From a cyanobacterium endosymbiont of Rhopalodia gibba (lineage in GTDB: Bacteria; Cyanobacteriota; Cyanobacteriia; Cyanobacteriales; Microcystaceae), in contig CP067995.1 of NCBI GenBank assembly GCA_045159875.1, positions 384,001 to 448,000 of the forward strand: a stretch of 64,000 nt of DNA. Direction: 5' to 3'. How positions within the stretch are numbered: the first letter of the stretch is position 1; the number at the start of each line of letters is the position of its first letter. The position numbers and the translations under genes were made by a program. The notes beneath the pieces were generated by a model that searched no databases, was not told the DNA's origin, and saw only the letters and a list, made by a program, of their open reading frames with translations. Below are positions 13,707-24,102 of the stretch, piece after piece.

Positions 13707-15011
13707 ATGGTCAGAATTATTAAACTTGCTCAATTAACCTCCGAAGAACTTGCTGTCTTGCACCGACGAGCAGAAGTTGATGTCGATCAGATGCTGCCTA
13801 TTGCTAAGCAGGTAATTGATGCGATCATCCAAACTGGAGATGCCGGAGTGATTAAATATGCCCGTAAGTTCGACTATTCAGAGGCATCGGTAGACAACAT
13901 TAAAGTGACAGAAGCGGAATTTGCCCAAGCACGGGAGTTAGTTGAACCAGACGTTAAAACCGCTGTTGAACAGTCATTTCGCAACATTAAAGCTGTTCAT
14001 CAAGGACAAATGCCAGAACCGATACATCTAGCTGAAATTGATAAGGGCATTTTTGCGGGAGAAAAAATAACCCCCATTCCTAGGGTAGGATTATATGTTC
14101 CTAGGGGTCGTGGGGCGTTCCCCTCAATTATGTTGATGTTGACTATTCCGGCGATGGTAGCAGGGGTCAAAAAAATTGTAGTTTGTACTCCTCCGGATAA
14201 ACAAGGGAACGTGGAACCCATTTCCCTATTGGTGGCCGAAATGGCCGGGGTTAAGGATGTCTATAAACTCGGTGGAATCCAAGCATTGGGGGCGATTGCC
14301 TTGGGGACTGAAACTGTCCCTAAAGTCGATAAACTTATCGGACCGTGCAGCATTTACGGAGCGGCCGCTAAACGAATTTTAGTTGGTAGAGTAGATGTGG
14401 GACTTCCTGCAGGACCGAGTGAAAGCATCATCTTAGCTGATGAAACTACCGATCCTCAATTAGCCGCGGTGGACTTACTAATTGAAGCCGAACATGGTTC
14501 GGACTCGGCAGCATTATTAGTTACCCACAGTGAAACGGTTGCTCAAAAAGCCCAGAAATTTATCTTAAAATACCTTAAAAAACTTCCTCAATGGCGCAGA
14601 GAATTTTGTGAAAATGGATTAGCTTCTTATGGGGGAATTGTATTAACTTCAAGTTTAGAAGAATCAATTCAGTTTATTAATGATTATGCCCCTGAACATT
14701 TAGAAGTATTGGTGTCAGATCCCCTCAGTTTACTAGGAAAAATCAATAATGCTGGGGAAATTTTATTAGGGAAATATACTCCCTCTTCGGCCGCTACCTA
14801 TGCCATTGGCGTTAATGCCGTATTGCCCACGGGAGGCTTTGCCCGGTCTTATTCGGCGGTGTCCGTGTTTGATTTTGTCAAACGCTCGACATTAGCTTAT
14901 TTAACGTCTGAAGGCTTTGACAAAATTAAACAAACTGCCGAAACTTTAGCTAGTTACGAAGAGTTTCCCGCTCACAGAATGGCGATTGAAGAAAGAAAAA
15001 ACCTCTTATAA
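13707..15011 (+). CDS. hisD: Histidinol dehydrogenase-family protein (HisD paralog with non-canonical ligands)
   Basis: VGLYVPRG, GGIQA, PAGPSE, AEHG, APEHLE, VLPTGG; start placed at ATG 13707 after AGGAG. Confidence 0.85.
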   Translation: MVRIIKLAQLTSEELAVLHRRAEVDVDQMLPIAKQVIDAIIQTGDAGVIKYARKFDYSEASVDNIKVTEAEFAQARELVEPDVKTAVEQSFRNIKAVHQGQMPEPIHLAEIDKGIFAGEKITPIPRVGLYVPRGRGAFPSIMLMLTIPAMVAGVKKIVVCTPPDKQGNVEPISLLVAEMAGVKDVYKLGGIQALGAIALGTETVPKVDKLIGPCSIYGAAAKRILVGRVDVGLPAGPSESIILADETTDPQLAAVDLLIEAEHGSDSAALLVTHSETVAQKAQKFILKYLKKLPQWRREFCENGLASYGGIVLTSSLEESIQFINDYAPEHLEVLVSDPLSLLGKINNAGEILLGKYTPSSAATYAIGVNAVLPTGGFARSYSAVSVFDFVKRSTLAYLTSEGFDKIKQTAETLASYEEFPAHRMAIEERKNLL

Positions 15012-15169
15012 ATCTTCAAGTCTCAGAACAGCTAGGAAACTTAAAGTTAACTCGGACCGTCAATAAAATCATAACGTTACCCGATCTCGTCTTGATAGAG
15101 TAACGCTATTGATTGCAGTTATGTTTTGTTCTTGTCACCAAATACTCTAACTTCTGTCAGCACAAACTA

Positions 15170-15733
15170 CTACCACATACCCCGAATAGGATCCATTTCT
15201 ACTTCAGTGTTAGGCGCCAAGGGAGGTAAGCTAACATCAGGACGATCCCAGTCGATGTCGGTCCTTTCAATGAGGGCTACTTCTCTTAAGTCTAGACGAG
15301 AAACCCATGCGGGCATGGCATAATCATAGAGCAATTCGAATTCCTCTACATCCTCACTGAGGATAACCCATTTGTTATCAACTATTTTCATGATGACGTC
15401 AGAGCCAGCCACCAAGGTTGGCCAGCGCTTAGGGAGACGAGTAGTGATACGCCACACTTCATCGTCCCCAATTTTAACATAGGGAGGAGATATAGTCTGT
15501 ATTTGAGCTACATCACCAGTCACACCCCGGATACGTCCAATAGCATAGTCTTCAAACTTGAACTTAACCCAGTCTTGTTGATAAACTTCGATGGGATCTT
15601 CTAGTTCATGACCGCGCAATTGACTAATCAAAATTTCGCCCTTAGTGGGTTCTGCTTGTACAGGAACAATAGATAAAGCTGACATGGCAGCTACTGCTAA
15701 TCCTGCTAATAAATGGGACTGTTTAAAAAACAC
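15170..15733 (-). CDS. Exported hypothetical protein
   Basis: Signal-peptide-like N-terminus ending VQA; GTG start after GGAGTGAGG. Confidence 0.7.
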   Translation of the reverse strand: MFFKQSHLLAGLAVAAMSALSIVPVQAEPTKGEILISQLRGHELEDPIEVYQQDWVKFKFEDYAIGRIRGVTGDVAQIQTISPPYVKIGDDEVWRITTRLPKRWPTLVAGSDVIMKIVDNKWVILSEDVEEFELLYDYAMPAWVSRLDLREVALIERTDIDWDRPDVSLPPLAPNTEVEMDPIRGMW

Positions 15734-15884
15734 GATAACCTCACTCCAAATAAATTTTATGGGCAAATTATCCGTAGACGCCTATCAGCATAATTCAGTT
15801 CCTTAGGATAGACCTTAAAATTTAAAGATAAATTTATAAGTCTTTGGTATCAATCCTGGGATTACTGGACAGTTTGTCTAATCT

Positions 15885-17249
15885 TTAAGAATTTAATCTA
15901 GTTCTGAGGATTTCCAAACATTGAGAGATATGATTGCTGACTTGTCCAAAGAAAGTTGAGGCGATCTTACGCCATTGAGGTATTTTCCCTAGAGAAAATA
16001 CACCATCAGAGGACATACGAGTGATTTTCTCCCGAGAGTTCAATAATTCTTTTTCGTCAGTTTTTGCGTTGGACTCTATTTTTCCCTCTTCAATGGTCGC
16101 TTCTTGACTACGTGATAGCTTCCTCTTTTCAAGAGAAACTCCAGAAAACTTTCCCGGTGCTTCAGGACTAGTAACAGAGTAGTCTGAGGTTATTGTCGTT
16201 TCTTCTAGGGTTGATAAAATCCCTTCGGACGAAGGTGTGATTTCTCTGTCAGAAGGTTCTACATCCTGTGTAAGAGCTTCTTCAACTAGAGGTGTAGGAG
16301 TAATCTTAGCCTTATAGTTGGGATAAACAATAGATCGGATAAGTTCAGCTGAGAGTTCTCCTCGAACTAATTTAGACAGAGTATCTTGACCGTTAGGTTT
16401 ATATGTAATGAGTCTAACTGTATTGTTGAAGGCATTATTAACTAGATTTCCTTGTTCATCAAGAAATTCTAATTGGACCCAGTTCATTCCTTCCTCAAAC
16501 CCTTGAATATAAATAGCTTTCCATGTATCAACTAAAAAACTTTCTCCGTTAATGGTTACTCTAATACGCCAGTCAACCACTTTATCATCGGCATTTTCTT
16601 TTGCTACTAAATGTAACGGGGCATTGGTTAGGTAAAAATCTAACATAATTGGCTGTGCGCCATAAATTCCCCTAGGACGATTGTAGGTGAGGAGGGGAAG
16701 AGACATATCTGGAGCGTTTTCTCCCGTTTTAGTTAGAACATGAAATGTAGTCTGGTCATAGGCTCCATCATTTTTGAAGCTTTCATGCCAAGGCCTTGAG
16801 GCAAACACCCGCAGTGTATGCGTTCCTGGAGTTAAATTCGCCAAAATAATCGGTTCATCGAGAGTGTAAATTGCTTGAGAAGGTTCATTGTCGAGAATTA
16901 GATGAAGATGGGGTCCAACTCCTAAGTCAGGATCTTTGAAGAGGGGGTAGTCTTTCACATCGAGTTTAACAACAATGCTAGGCTCAGAAAAAACGCGATC
17001 ATTTTCGGGGCTAATAATATCAACTTGAGGCTGATATTGGTCTAGGATTTTGTATAATTCTTGGATAACGGGAGGAGGAGCTACTTCTGCCAATTTGTTG
17101 GTGACGATAGCTTTAGAAAGCGGTTCCAATAAAGATTGGGATGTTTCTAGACGATCTTTACAGCCAATTAATCCCCAATTAAGGAAGAGTATAAGGAACG
17201 AGAGACAAAGGGACTTGATAAGTTGTGATTGCATTTTAACCCAAAACAC
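15885..17249 (-). CDS. Conserved cyanobacterial hypothetical lipoprotein
   Basis: Lipobox LIGC; GPHLHLILDN and PGTHTLRVFASRPWHESFKN beta-rich domain. Confidence 0.75.
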   Translation of the reverse strand: MFWVKMQSQLIKSLCLSFLILFLNWGLIGCKDRLETSQSLLEPLSKAIVTNKLAEVAPPPVIQELYKILDQYQPQVDIISPENDRVFSEPSIVVKLDVKDYPLFKDPDLGVGPHLHLILDNEPSQAIYTLDEPIILANLTPGTHTLRVFASRPWHESFKNDGAYDQTTFHVLTKTGENAPDMSLPLLTYNRPRGIYGAQPIMLDFYLTNAPLHLVAKENADDKVVDWRIRVTINGESFLVDTWKAIYIQGFEEGMNWVQLEFLDEQGNLVNNAFNNTVRLITYKPNGQDTLSKLVRGELSAELIRSIVYPNYKAKITPTPLVEEALTQDVEPSDREITPSSEGILSTLEETTITSDYSVTSPEAPGKFSGVSLEKRKLSRSQEATIEEGKIESNAKTDEKELLNSREKITRMSSDGVFSLGKIPQWRKIASTFFGQVSNHISQCLEILRTRLNS

Positions 17250-18023
17250 AAGGGTTTCCTCCTTAAACTGTAGCAGTTTATCTGTTAGGACTTGAGATTG
17301 TGTTTTTCTTGTGTAACTTTAAGATACACACAACATTACATTAATGATTGAATGATAACTCGGTTTTAATATTAACCCTGAAGCTTGATCTCAATACAAG
17401 TTGTTGCTGGTCGTGTGGATGTTGTGATTTTTACTTAGAATAGATGATCTAGCTATGGCACTCTATAAACGATTGAAATTGATAGAGGATTTGATATAGA
17501 TTTAATTTTTAAAACAAGTATTATTATTTTAAATAAATGCAATATATCTAATCAAACTAATTTATTTTAGATTCTTTCTCATGCTCATACAGTAAATAAA
17601 AATTTTATATATTTCCGTTATTGAGAATTTTAAACATTAACAATTACAGTAAATAATGATACATCTATAAAAATAGACTAAGACTCTTCAAAATCTCTAC
17701 TTAAAACAGAAATTATAGTTTGAATCGAGCAAGAATAAGTAAATTATCATTGCAAAGATTCACCCAATCTGTAATTTATTTAAATTTCCATCCTCCCGCA
17801 TTTAAACATAATATTTCTGCTCCTATTCTAGAAGGCATTCTTGAATCTCTCTTTTCTAACTACTTTTCTATTTTTTACTCATTTAATCTCACCTAATAAA
17901 GAGCAAACTTAGTCGTAAGTTAACTTAGATATTGAGGATAATAACAGCATTCTTAGATTTCAATGTCCCCCAAAATAGTAACTATCATGAGGGAACAGAA
18001 TAATGACAAACGTAACCAATTAA

Positions 18024-18623
18024 TTAAACCGTACGTTCATCAATGACTTTATCAATCAGACCATATACTTTAGCTTCTTCTGCTGACATATAATAATCTC
18101 GGTCTGTGTCTTTCTCTATTTTCTCAAGAGTTTGTTGAGTTTCATTGGCTAAAATTTGATTGAGTTGACGACGAATTCGCAAGATTTCATTGGCTTCAAT
18201 TTCAATATCTGTAGCTTGTCGTCTTCCTGTTCCCCCCATAGGTTGGTGTATCATAATGCGAGCATGGGGAAGGGCTAAACGTTTTCCTGAAGTTCCAGAA
18301 GCCAATAAAAACGCTCCCATCGAAGCGGCTAACCCAACACAAATGGTAATCACATCAGATTTAATGTATTTCATTGTGTCGTAAATAGCCATACCTGCGG
18401 TGACGGACCCCCCGGGAGAGTTTATATACAAATAAATTGGTTTACCAGAATCTTCTGAATCGAGGTATAACAAAAAGGCGACGATGCGATTCGCTAAACT
18501 GTCGGTCACTTCCTGACCGAGAAAAACAATTCTTTCCTGACTTAAACGGGTATAAATGTCAATCCACCGTTCGTATTGACTACCAGGAAGACGATATGGA
18601 ACACTAGGAACACCAAGGGGCAT
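18024..18623 (-). CDS. clpP3: ATP-dependent Clp protease proteolytic subunit ClpP3
   Basis: [36 protein letters not shown]; downstream of clpR. Confidence 0.9.
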   Translation of the reverse strand: MPLGVPSVPYRLPGSQYERWIDIYTRLSQERIVFLGQEVTDSLANRIVAFLLYLDSEDSGKPIYLYINSPGGSVTAGMAIYDTMKYIKSDVITICVGLAASMGAFLLASGTSGKRLALPHARIMIHQPMGGTGRRQATDIEIEANEILRIRRQLNQILANETQQTLEKIEKDTDRDYYMSAEEAKVYGLIDKVIDERTV

Positions 18624-18661
18624 AAGCGATTAATTCAAAGGTAAAGGTGAACAACAATTTA

Positions 18662-19339
18662 CTAAACAGTAGCTAAAGGTTTAGGCAATTCTTTAGAACT
18701 TTCTAAGACTCGGTCAATTAAGCCATATTCTTTCGCGGACTCAGGGGTTAAATAGAAAGTGCGATCAGTATCTTTGGCGATTTTCTCTACAGGTTGCCCC
18801 GTATTTTTAGAAAGAATCTCTAACATGGTTTGTTTGTTAGACAACACTTCTTTTGCCCGAATTTGAATATCGGTAGCCTGACCCCTAGCTCCTGAGCGGT
18901 TTTGATTGAGAACAATGGTAGAATGGGGGAGACTTGCTCGACAACCTTTAGTTCCTGCTGAGAGGATCATCGCTGCCGTTCCCATAGCCTGGCCAATACA
19001 AATGGTGTGGATGGGAGGTTTAACATAATTCATGGTATCGCAAATAGCAAAGGCTTCTGTCTCAAAACCAATAGCGTCTCCGGTATACCAAGAAGTACCC
19101 GTAGAGTTGATGTAAAAGTAAATGGGCTTATCTGGATCATCAAACTGTAAATACAACAATTCAGCGATAATCAATTGAGTGACATCAATTCCGAGTTGTT
19201 GTTTTACGTCATCAGAAGAAAATAGAGGCATTCCCAGATAAATAATACGTTCTTTTAGTATTAAGGATTCTAAATCTGGGGGAGGTGTTCGGAAGTTAAT
19301 GTCTCCGTAGTAAGCAGATTGAACGGTTTTGATCTCCAT
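18662..19339 (-). CDS. clpR: Non-catalytic Clp subunit ClpR
   Basis: PPPDL.SL.LKERIIYLG, YINSTGT, GQAMGTAA lacking catalytic Ser/His; probable start MEIKT at 19339. Confidence 0.9.
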   Translation of the reverse strand: MEIKTVQSAYYGDINFRTPPPDLESLILKERIIYLGMPLFSSDDVKQQLGIDVTQLIIAELLYLQFDDPDKPIYFYINSTGTSWYTGDAIGFETEAFAICDTMNYVKPPIHTICIGQAMGTAAMILSAGTKGCRASLPHSTIVLNQNRSGARGQATDIQIRAKEVLSNKQTMLEILSKNTGQPVEKIAKDTDRTFYLTPESAKEYGLIDRVLESSKELPKPLATV

Positions 19340-20214
19340 TGGTCGATTCTTAGTTTTGTATGTTGATAGTCCCATTGCTTGGGATACATAACACCACGCA
19401 TGAAGATTAGGGAGTAGCTAAAAGTAATAAACTCGTATATATCCAAGCCTTTTGCCCTTTGTCTGACCCTTAGTGGTATTACGGCTTCCGCCTCTGATTC
19501 TAACTTACTTCGGGGATAGACCGTCGTTGAACTTACCTTATTTTTAAAAAATTAGCCTGAAACATAATAAGTTTCAAAAAATATAGACAATGACTTTTAT
19601 CACCTCTATAAGTTTTTATAGATTAATTTCGTCTGTAATTTAGACTCATAATAGAATCTTAATTTTTATGTCAAATTCTAATTTAGAAAACAATGACTAC
19701 TCAAAAATTAGCTTCTAATTTTTAATAAAACAGAAAAAAACTGTTAATAGATGTCACACGCATCAGCTTACCTAATAATTTTCTCTAAAACGATAACAAG
19801 AACAAAAATATTATTTATTAATATCTAAGAGGATATAAAAAATTAAAAAATACCGATTGAAAGCAATATAAATTTAATTTAAATTTCTTAGATGTAAGGC
19901 GCATTTTTTTTTACAAGTTTGTTTGGAACCACTGACTAAAAAAAAGTACACTTATCTTGTCTGAGAGCTGGTTTCAATTAGATAGCTTATATTGACAGTA
20001 ATGATTTAATTATTCTATTGATAGCACTATTAAAATTTATAGAATTAAAATATTTTCAAAGACGCAGATATTATTTGTTGTGAACAACAGGTTTTGATTA
20101 GATTTAAATTAGAAAAATAAGGAAATATAATACAAGTTTTTTCCCTATATATACATACCATCAGTTATCTACCTTTTGTTGCTTTATGAGCTTATCAATT
20201 ATCTATGACCACAC

Positions 20215-20244
20215 AATCCTCTAACTATCCACAGTTAGAGGATT
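20215..20244. terminator. Orphan hairpin in decayed spacer
   Basis: AATCCTCTAACT-atccac-AGTTAGAGGATT, 12-bp stem. Confidence 0.45.
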
Positions 20245-21494
20245 AGCATTTCTATTTCATAAATAAAAAGATCTTTTCTATTTGTTCATCGTTTAAAAGT
20301 AAAAGCTGCTAAAAAACTCGATGGAGAAAACGCTCCAATTGACATAATATTTGTTCTCGATTATTAGGACATTTTTTATAAGCTCGGGTTTCTTTGATCT
20401 CTCCGACACAATCATAAGTCATGGCTAGATGGACTCTAGTTTTGTCACTAAAAACTTAGGACTAAAAGTTTAAGTTGTCTAAGTGTTATTCTATATTTTT
20501 ATCTCAAAGCTTGATTCCTATATATGTAAATTTTCAGAGTATGAAGTATTCTTTTTTTATTAACCTAAGTATTTGGACTAAACAAAACATAGTAGGTCCA
20601 CTAACTGTAACGTCTCTTGACTTGTGCAAGTGAGTATTTAGTTCTTGTAGAGTAGTATCCCTATTTTATTCTGGAAATTATTGCAATTATTATACGATAT
20701 TAAGTTGTTCTGCTTTAATTTAAAGAGGGTTTCTTTAGTCATAAGAGAATAGTTCTATACTTTCTGTTGCTTTCTAAGGTCCAAGAAAATAGTTAACGAA
20801 ACTATAACTGACTTAAAAATACTTTATTAGTTATTAGGTTAATTGGTATTATTCTTAGCTTCTATAATTTTAGTGGAAGTCTATCATTAGAGTATCCCTT
20901 CATTTTTTAGGTCTTTTTAGACTCATCTATTTAAATAAAAACTTCCATAAAAGAATCGTAAAATACATTGTATGTGTCGGCTATTGCAAGAAAAAAAATT
21001 TGCTACGTGTATGATTACAGAAGTTATGTCTGGGCTACAACTCTATGAAATAAAAATGGAGACTAAAGGCAATACTGGTGGAAAACACAGTAGACACAAA
21101 CCCGACAAAATAACAGTGGAAGCTTGTTATGCTTATTCGAGCATTTAAAGAAAAGCTAAATAATTTGATAAATTTTATAAATAATCTTGGTTATTTTAAA
21201 CTTGGTGTGATGATTTATTAGTTAATAACTTCTAAAGTTGTTATTTTAACTGTACTCTATAAAAACACAAAAACTTTTTCTAAAAAAAAGTTTTGTGCTG
21301 TTGGAAATTCTACTTTGTAGCTTAACCATTGTCTTACCTCATGTCTTTAACTATGATCCAAGAGCTGGGGCAGTCTTTTAAGAAGTAGCTAAGTTGGAAG
21401 TTTAAATTTCTCCTTAATTTTCCTTTTTTTCTCTCTTCCAATTCCTAATCTTGGGTTTAGAATTAACTGAGTTAGTGTAATTTCTATTAGCAAC

Positions 21495-22628
21495 ATGACA
21501 AAACAACCCATTAAACCCTTTTATTTTGATATTACAGAAGATGAAATTGAGTTCTTCGCCGAACAATCTAAAACAATTCTTAAATCCGGTAAACTAGTCT
21601 TAGGGGAGAATACTTTAGAATTTGAAAAAGCCTTTGCTAGATATGTGGGAACAAAATACGCGATTGCCGTTAATAGTGGTTCTTCAGGATTAGAAATTCT
21701 CCTGCGTCTCAAAAAAGCTGAAAACACTACTTTATTAGTTCCAACCAATACTAACTTCGCCACTGTCGCTGCTATTCTTCGTATAGGAGGACAGGTTCAA
21801 TACCTCGATATGGACGAAACAACTTTTGCCCCATCTTTACAGATGATACAAGAGGCTGTGAGAAAAGGGGCAACTCCTAAGATTTCTGGGGTACTTTGGG
21901 TGCATATTGGTGGAGTTATTTCTCCAGAATTTTCTTATATTGTTGAATATTGTCGTCAAAAAGGACTTTTTGTCCTTGAAGATACAGCCCACGCTCACGG
22001 AAGTCAAATTAATGGGGTGAAGGCCGGAAATTTAGGAGATGGCGCCGCGTTTTCATTTTTTCCTACAAAAGTAATGACAACTTTTGAAGGGGGGATGATC
22101 ACTCTCAATGATGAGGAAGAAGACTATATTGCGAGATCGTTACGAAACCAAGGGAAACGGGGAATGGACTTTGGAGGATTACATACAGACTTTGGTAATA
22201 GTACCCGTATGACAGAAATTCACGCGGTTTTAGGTCGAATTCACCTGGCTAAATTGCCTCAAATGTTAGCTAGACGGCAAAAATGTTATCAGTTAATTAC
22301 TGCCTCTTTACGGGAAGCAGGGCTCAAATTTGTGTCTACAGATCACATGGATAATGCCAGTCAATATAAATTAATTGTTCATGTTCCTGGCGGAAAAGCA
22401 GCTCAGAAAATTAAGTACGCATTAGCCGAAGAAAATATATTTTTAGGGGGAACAGTTTACGAAATTCCCTGTCATTTACAACCAATTTTTAAAGGAGTTT
22501 GTGACGGTCAAAGTTTCCCTAGTGCTGAATATTGGTGTCCTAATCATATTTGTCCCCCGTTAACGTCGGGAATGACAGAAGAAGAAGCTAAAATTGTAGG
22601 AGAAGCGTTAGTTAAACAGTTAATTTAG
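21495..22628 (+). CDS. DegT/DnrJ/EryC1/StrS-family PLP aminotransferase
   Basis: AVNSGSSGL, VLEDTAHAHG, FSFFPTKVMTTFEGG. Confidence 0.9.
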   Translation: MTKQPIKPFYFDITEDEIEFFAEQSKTILKSGKLVLGENTLEFEKAFARYVGTKYAIAVNSGSSGLEILLRLKKAENTTLLVPTNTNFATVAAILRIGGQVQYLDMDETTFAPSLQMIQEAVRKGATPKISGVLWVHIGGVISPEFSYIVEYCRQKGLFVLEDTAHAHGSQINGVKAGNLGDGAAFSFFPTKVMTTFEGGMITLNDEEEDYIARSLRNQGKRGMDFGGLHTDFGNSTRMTEIHAVLGRIHLAKLPQMLARRQKCYQLITASLREAGLKFVSTDHMDNASQYKLIVHVPGGKAAQKIKYALAEENIFLGGTVYEIPCHLQPIFKGVCDGQSFPSAEYWCPNHICPPLTSGMTEEEAKIVGEALVKQLI

Positions 22629-23306
22629 TAGATTATAGTTAATCCAGGTAGGGGGGGTTACGGTACGGATAAAAGTATTAGTATTAGTGTTTATCAAAAA
22701 CTCATTCCCAACCTACCTCCTAATAGTTGTTGTCTTATTATGAGTATTGGGCAACACATCTAAAATTAATTCTCTTAAGCTCTTTTTATCACAACAATTA
22801 TTATTGTTGGTTATAAAATAATCTGTAGATGCTGCTATCGATGCTAACATCATGTCAGCAATATTTTTTATATATAAAGACCTTGATTTATATATAAAAA
22901 GAACAGGTAATTAATAAAACTTACTTTACTAAGTCTTTAATTGCTCTAAAATTATTTAGACATTAATTAAATTTTGATAAGTATTGAAAGAATTGGGTTT
23001 TCAAATAATCGCTCAGAGAGGCACTCTCAATATCTGTAATAATTCTGTCATATCTTTAGATCTAGACTAACTATTTTCTGATCAAGCTATTGTGCCCGAC
23101 TGATTGCTTATACTTAACCTATCTTAAAAAGATTTTCTCAATTTATGGTAAAAATGGGTAAGCCTCGCTTCATGCTGTTCTCTGATAACTATTGTAGTCT
23201 TGATTTTTGGCGGTCATTATTTAATATAATCGTTAAATTTGTTGTATGTTAACTCATATCACTTAAATATTGAGAATAACAACTGTGTTTTGAAATATCG
23301 TCGAAC

Positions 23307-23996
23307 TCATGTCAAATAAAAAGCAACAATGGCACTACCTAAAGGAACTGTTAAATTATCAATTCCCCATTTAGAAAATACTTCTAACCCTGTCGCTATA
23401 ACAGAAACTAGTAAAGAAGTTATAAGGATTATATTAATAGACTCCCCTGTAAAAAATAAAATAATACTGGTAATCAAAAAACTCACGCCCATCATAGTTA
23501 GTGAGCCTTCCCAACTTTTTTTAATTTGTAAAATTTGATAAGGGTGTCGACCAAATCTTTTACCAATAATTGCTGCCATTCCATCTCCCCAGGCCATTAT
23601 TAAAATGCCAATAACAGTATATTGAGGTTTATTTATTATCCAAAACCAATAAGTTAAAATACCAATACTTACCGCATAAAAAAATGTTCCTAAGCTTTTA
23701 CGCCCTACACTATTAATGCTAGGAAGAATCGGAAAAAAATAGGAAATCAGCGCAAGGAAGCTAGCAATGAATGAGGCAACTAACAATATCCATGGCGGCA
23801 GTTTAAACCACCAAGCAATTAAAATGACATTACCAGAGCCAATGTGAACGACTTTACGAGTTAACTCAGCATCAGCACCCGTTGAACGGTTCATTCCTTC
23901 AGCTAAACTGATTATAGTTACTAAATAAATTAGGACGAAGCTTAGGGGATACCAGACAGGTAAAAGAAGTTCCAATTTAGCGATTAATTTAGGCAA
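23307..23996 (-). CDS. Phytol/polyprenol kinase (CTP-dependent, VTE5-like)
   Basis: TRKVVHIGSG, MAWGDGMAAIIG..FG, KKSWEGS, GIDNLTVP. Confidence 0.85.
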   Translation of the reverse strand: MPKLIAKLELLLPVWYPLSFVLIYLVTIISLAEGMNRSTGADAELTRKVVHIGSGNVILIAWWFKLPPWILLVASFIASFLALISYFFPILPSINSVGRKSLGTFFYAVSIGILTYWFWIINKPQYTVIGILIMAWGDGMAAIIGKRFGRHPYQILQIKKSWEGSLTMMGVSFLITSIILFFTGESINIILITSLLVSVIATGLEVFSKWGIDNLTVPLGSAIVAFYLT

Positions 23997-24102
23997 AGAC
24001 GTGAGATGAACTTCGATATATCAATTGATTATAGTTTGCCCATCGGATGAAAACGCTACAATAATCAAAAAATAATATTAAAAATATATAAATTAAGTAA
24101 CC

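Noticed and set aside
19490..19503. TTAG-AATCAGAGG in the clpR leader as a target of the putative guide (AATCAGGGG)
   Set aside because: Only 8 of 9 nt match before diverging; a similar short match lies inside the RDD gene near 36513, so chance is sufficient
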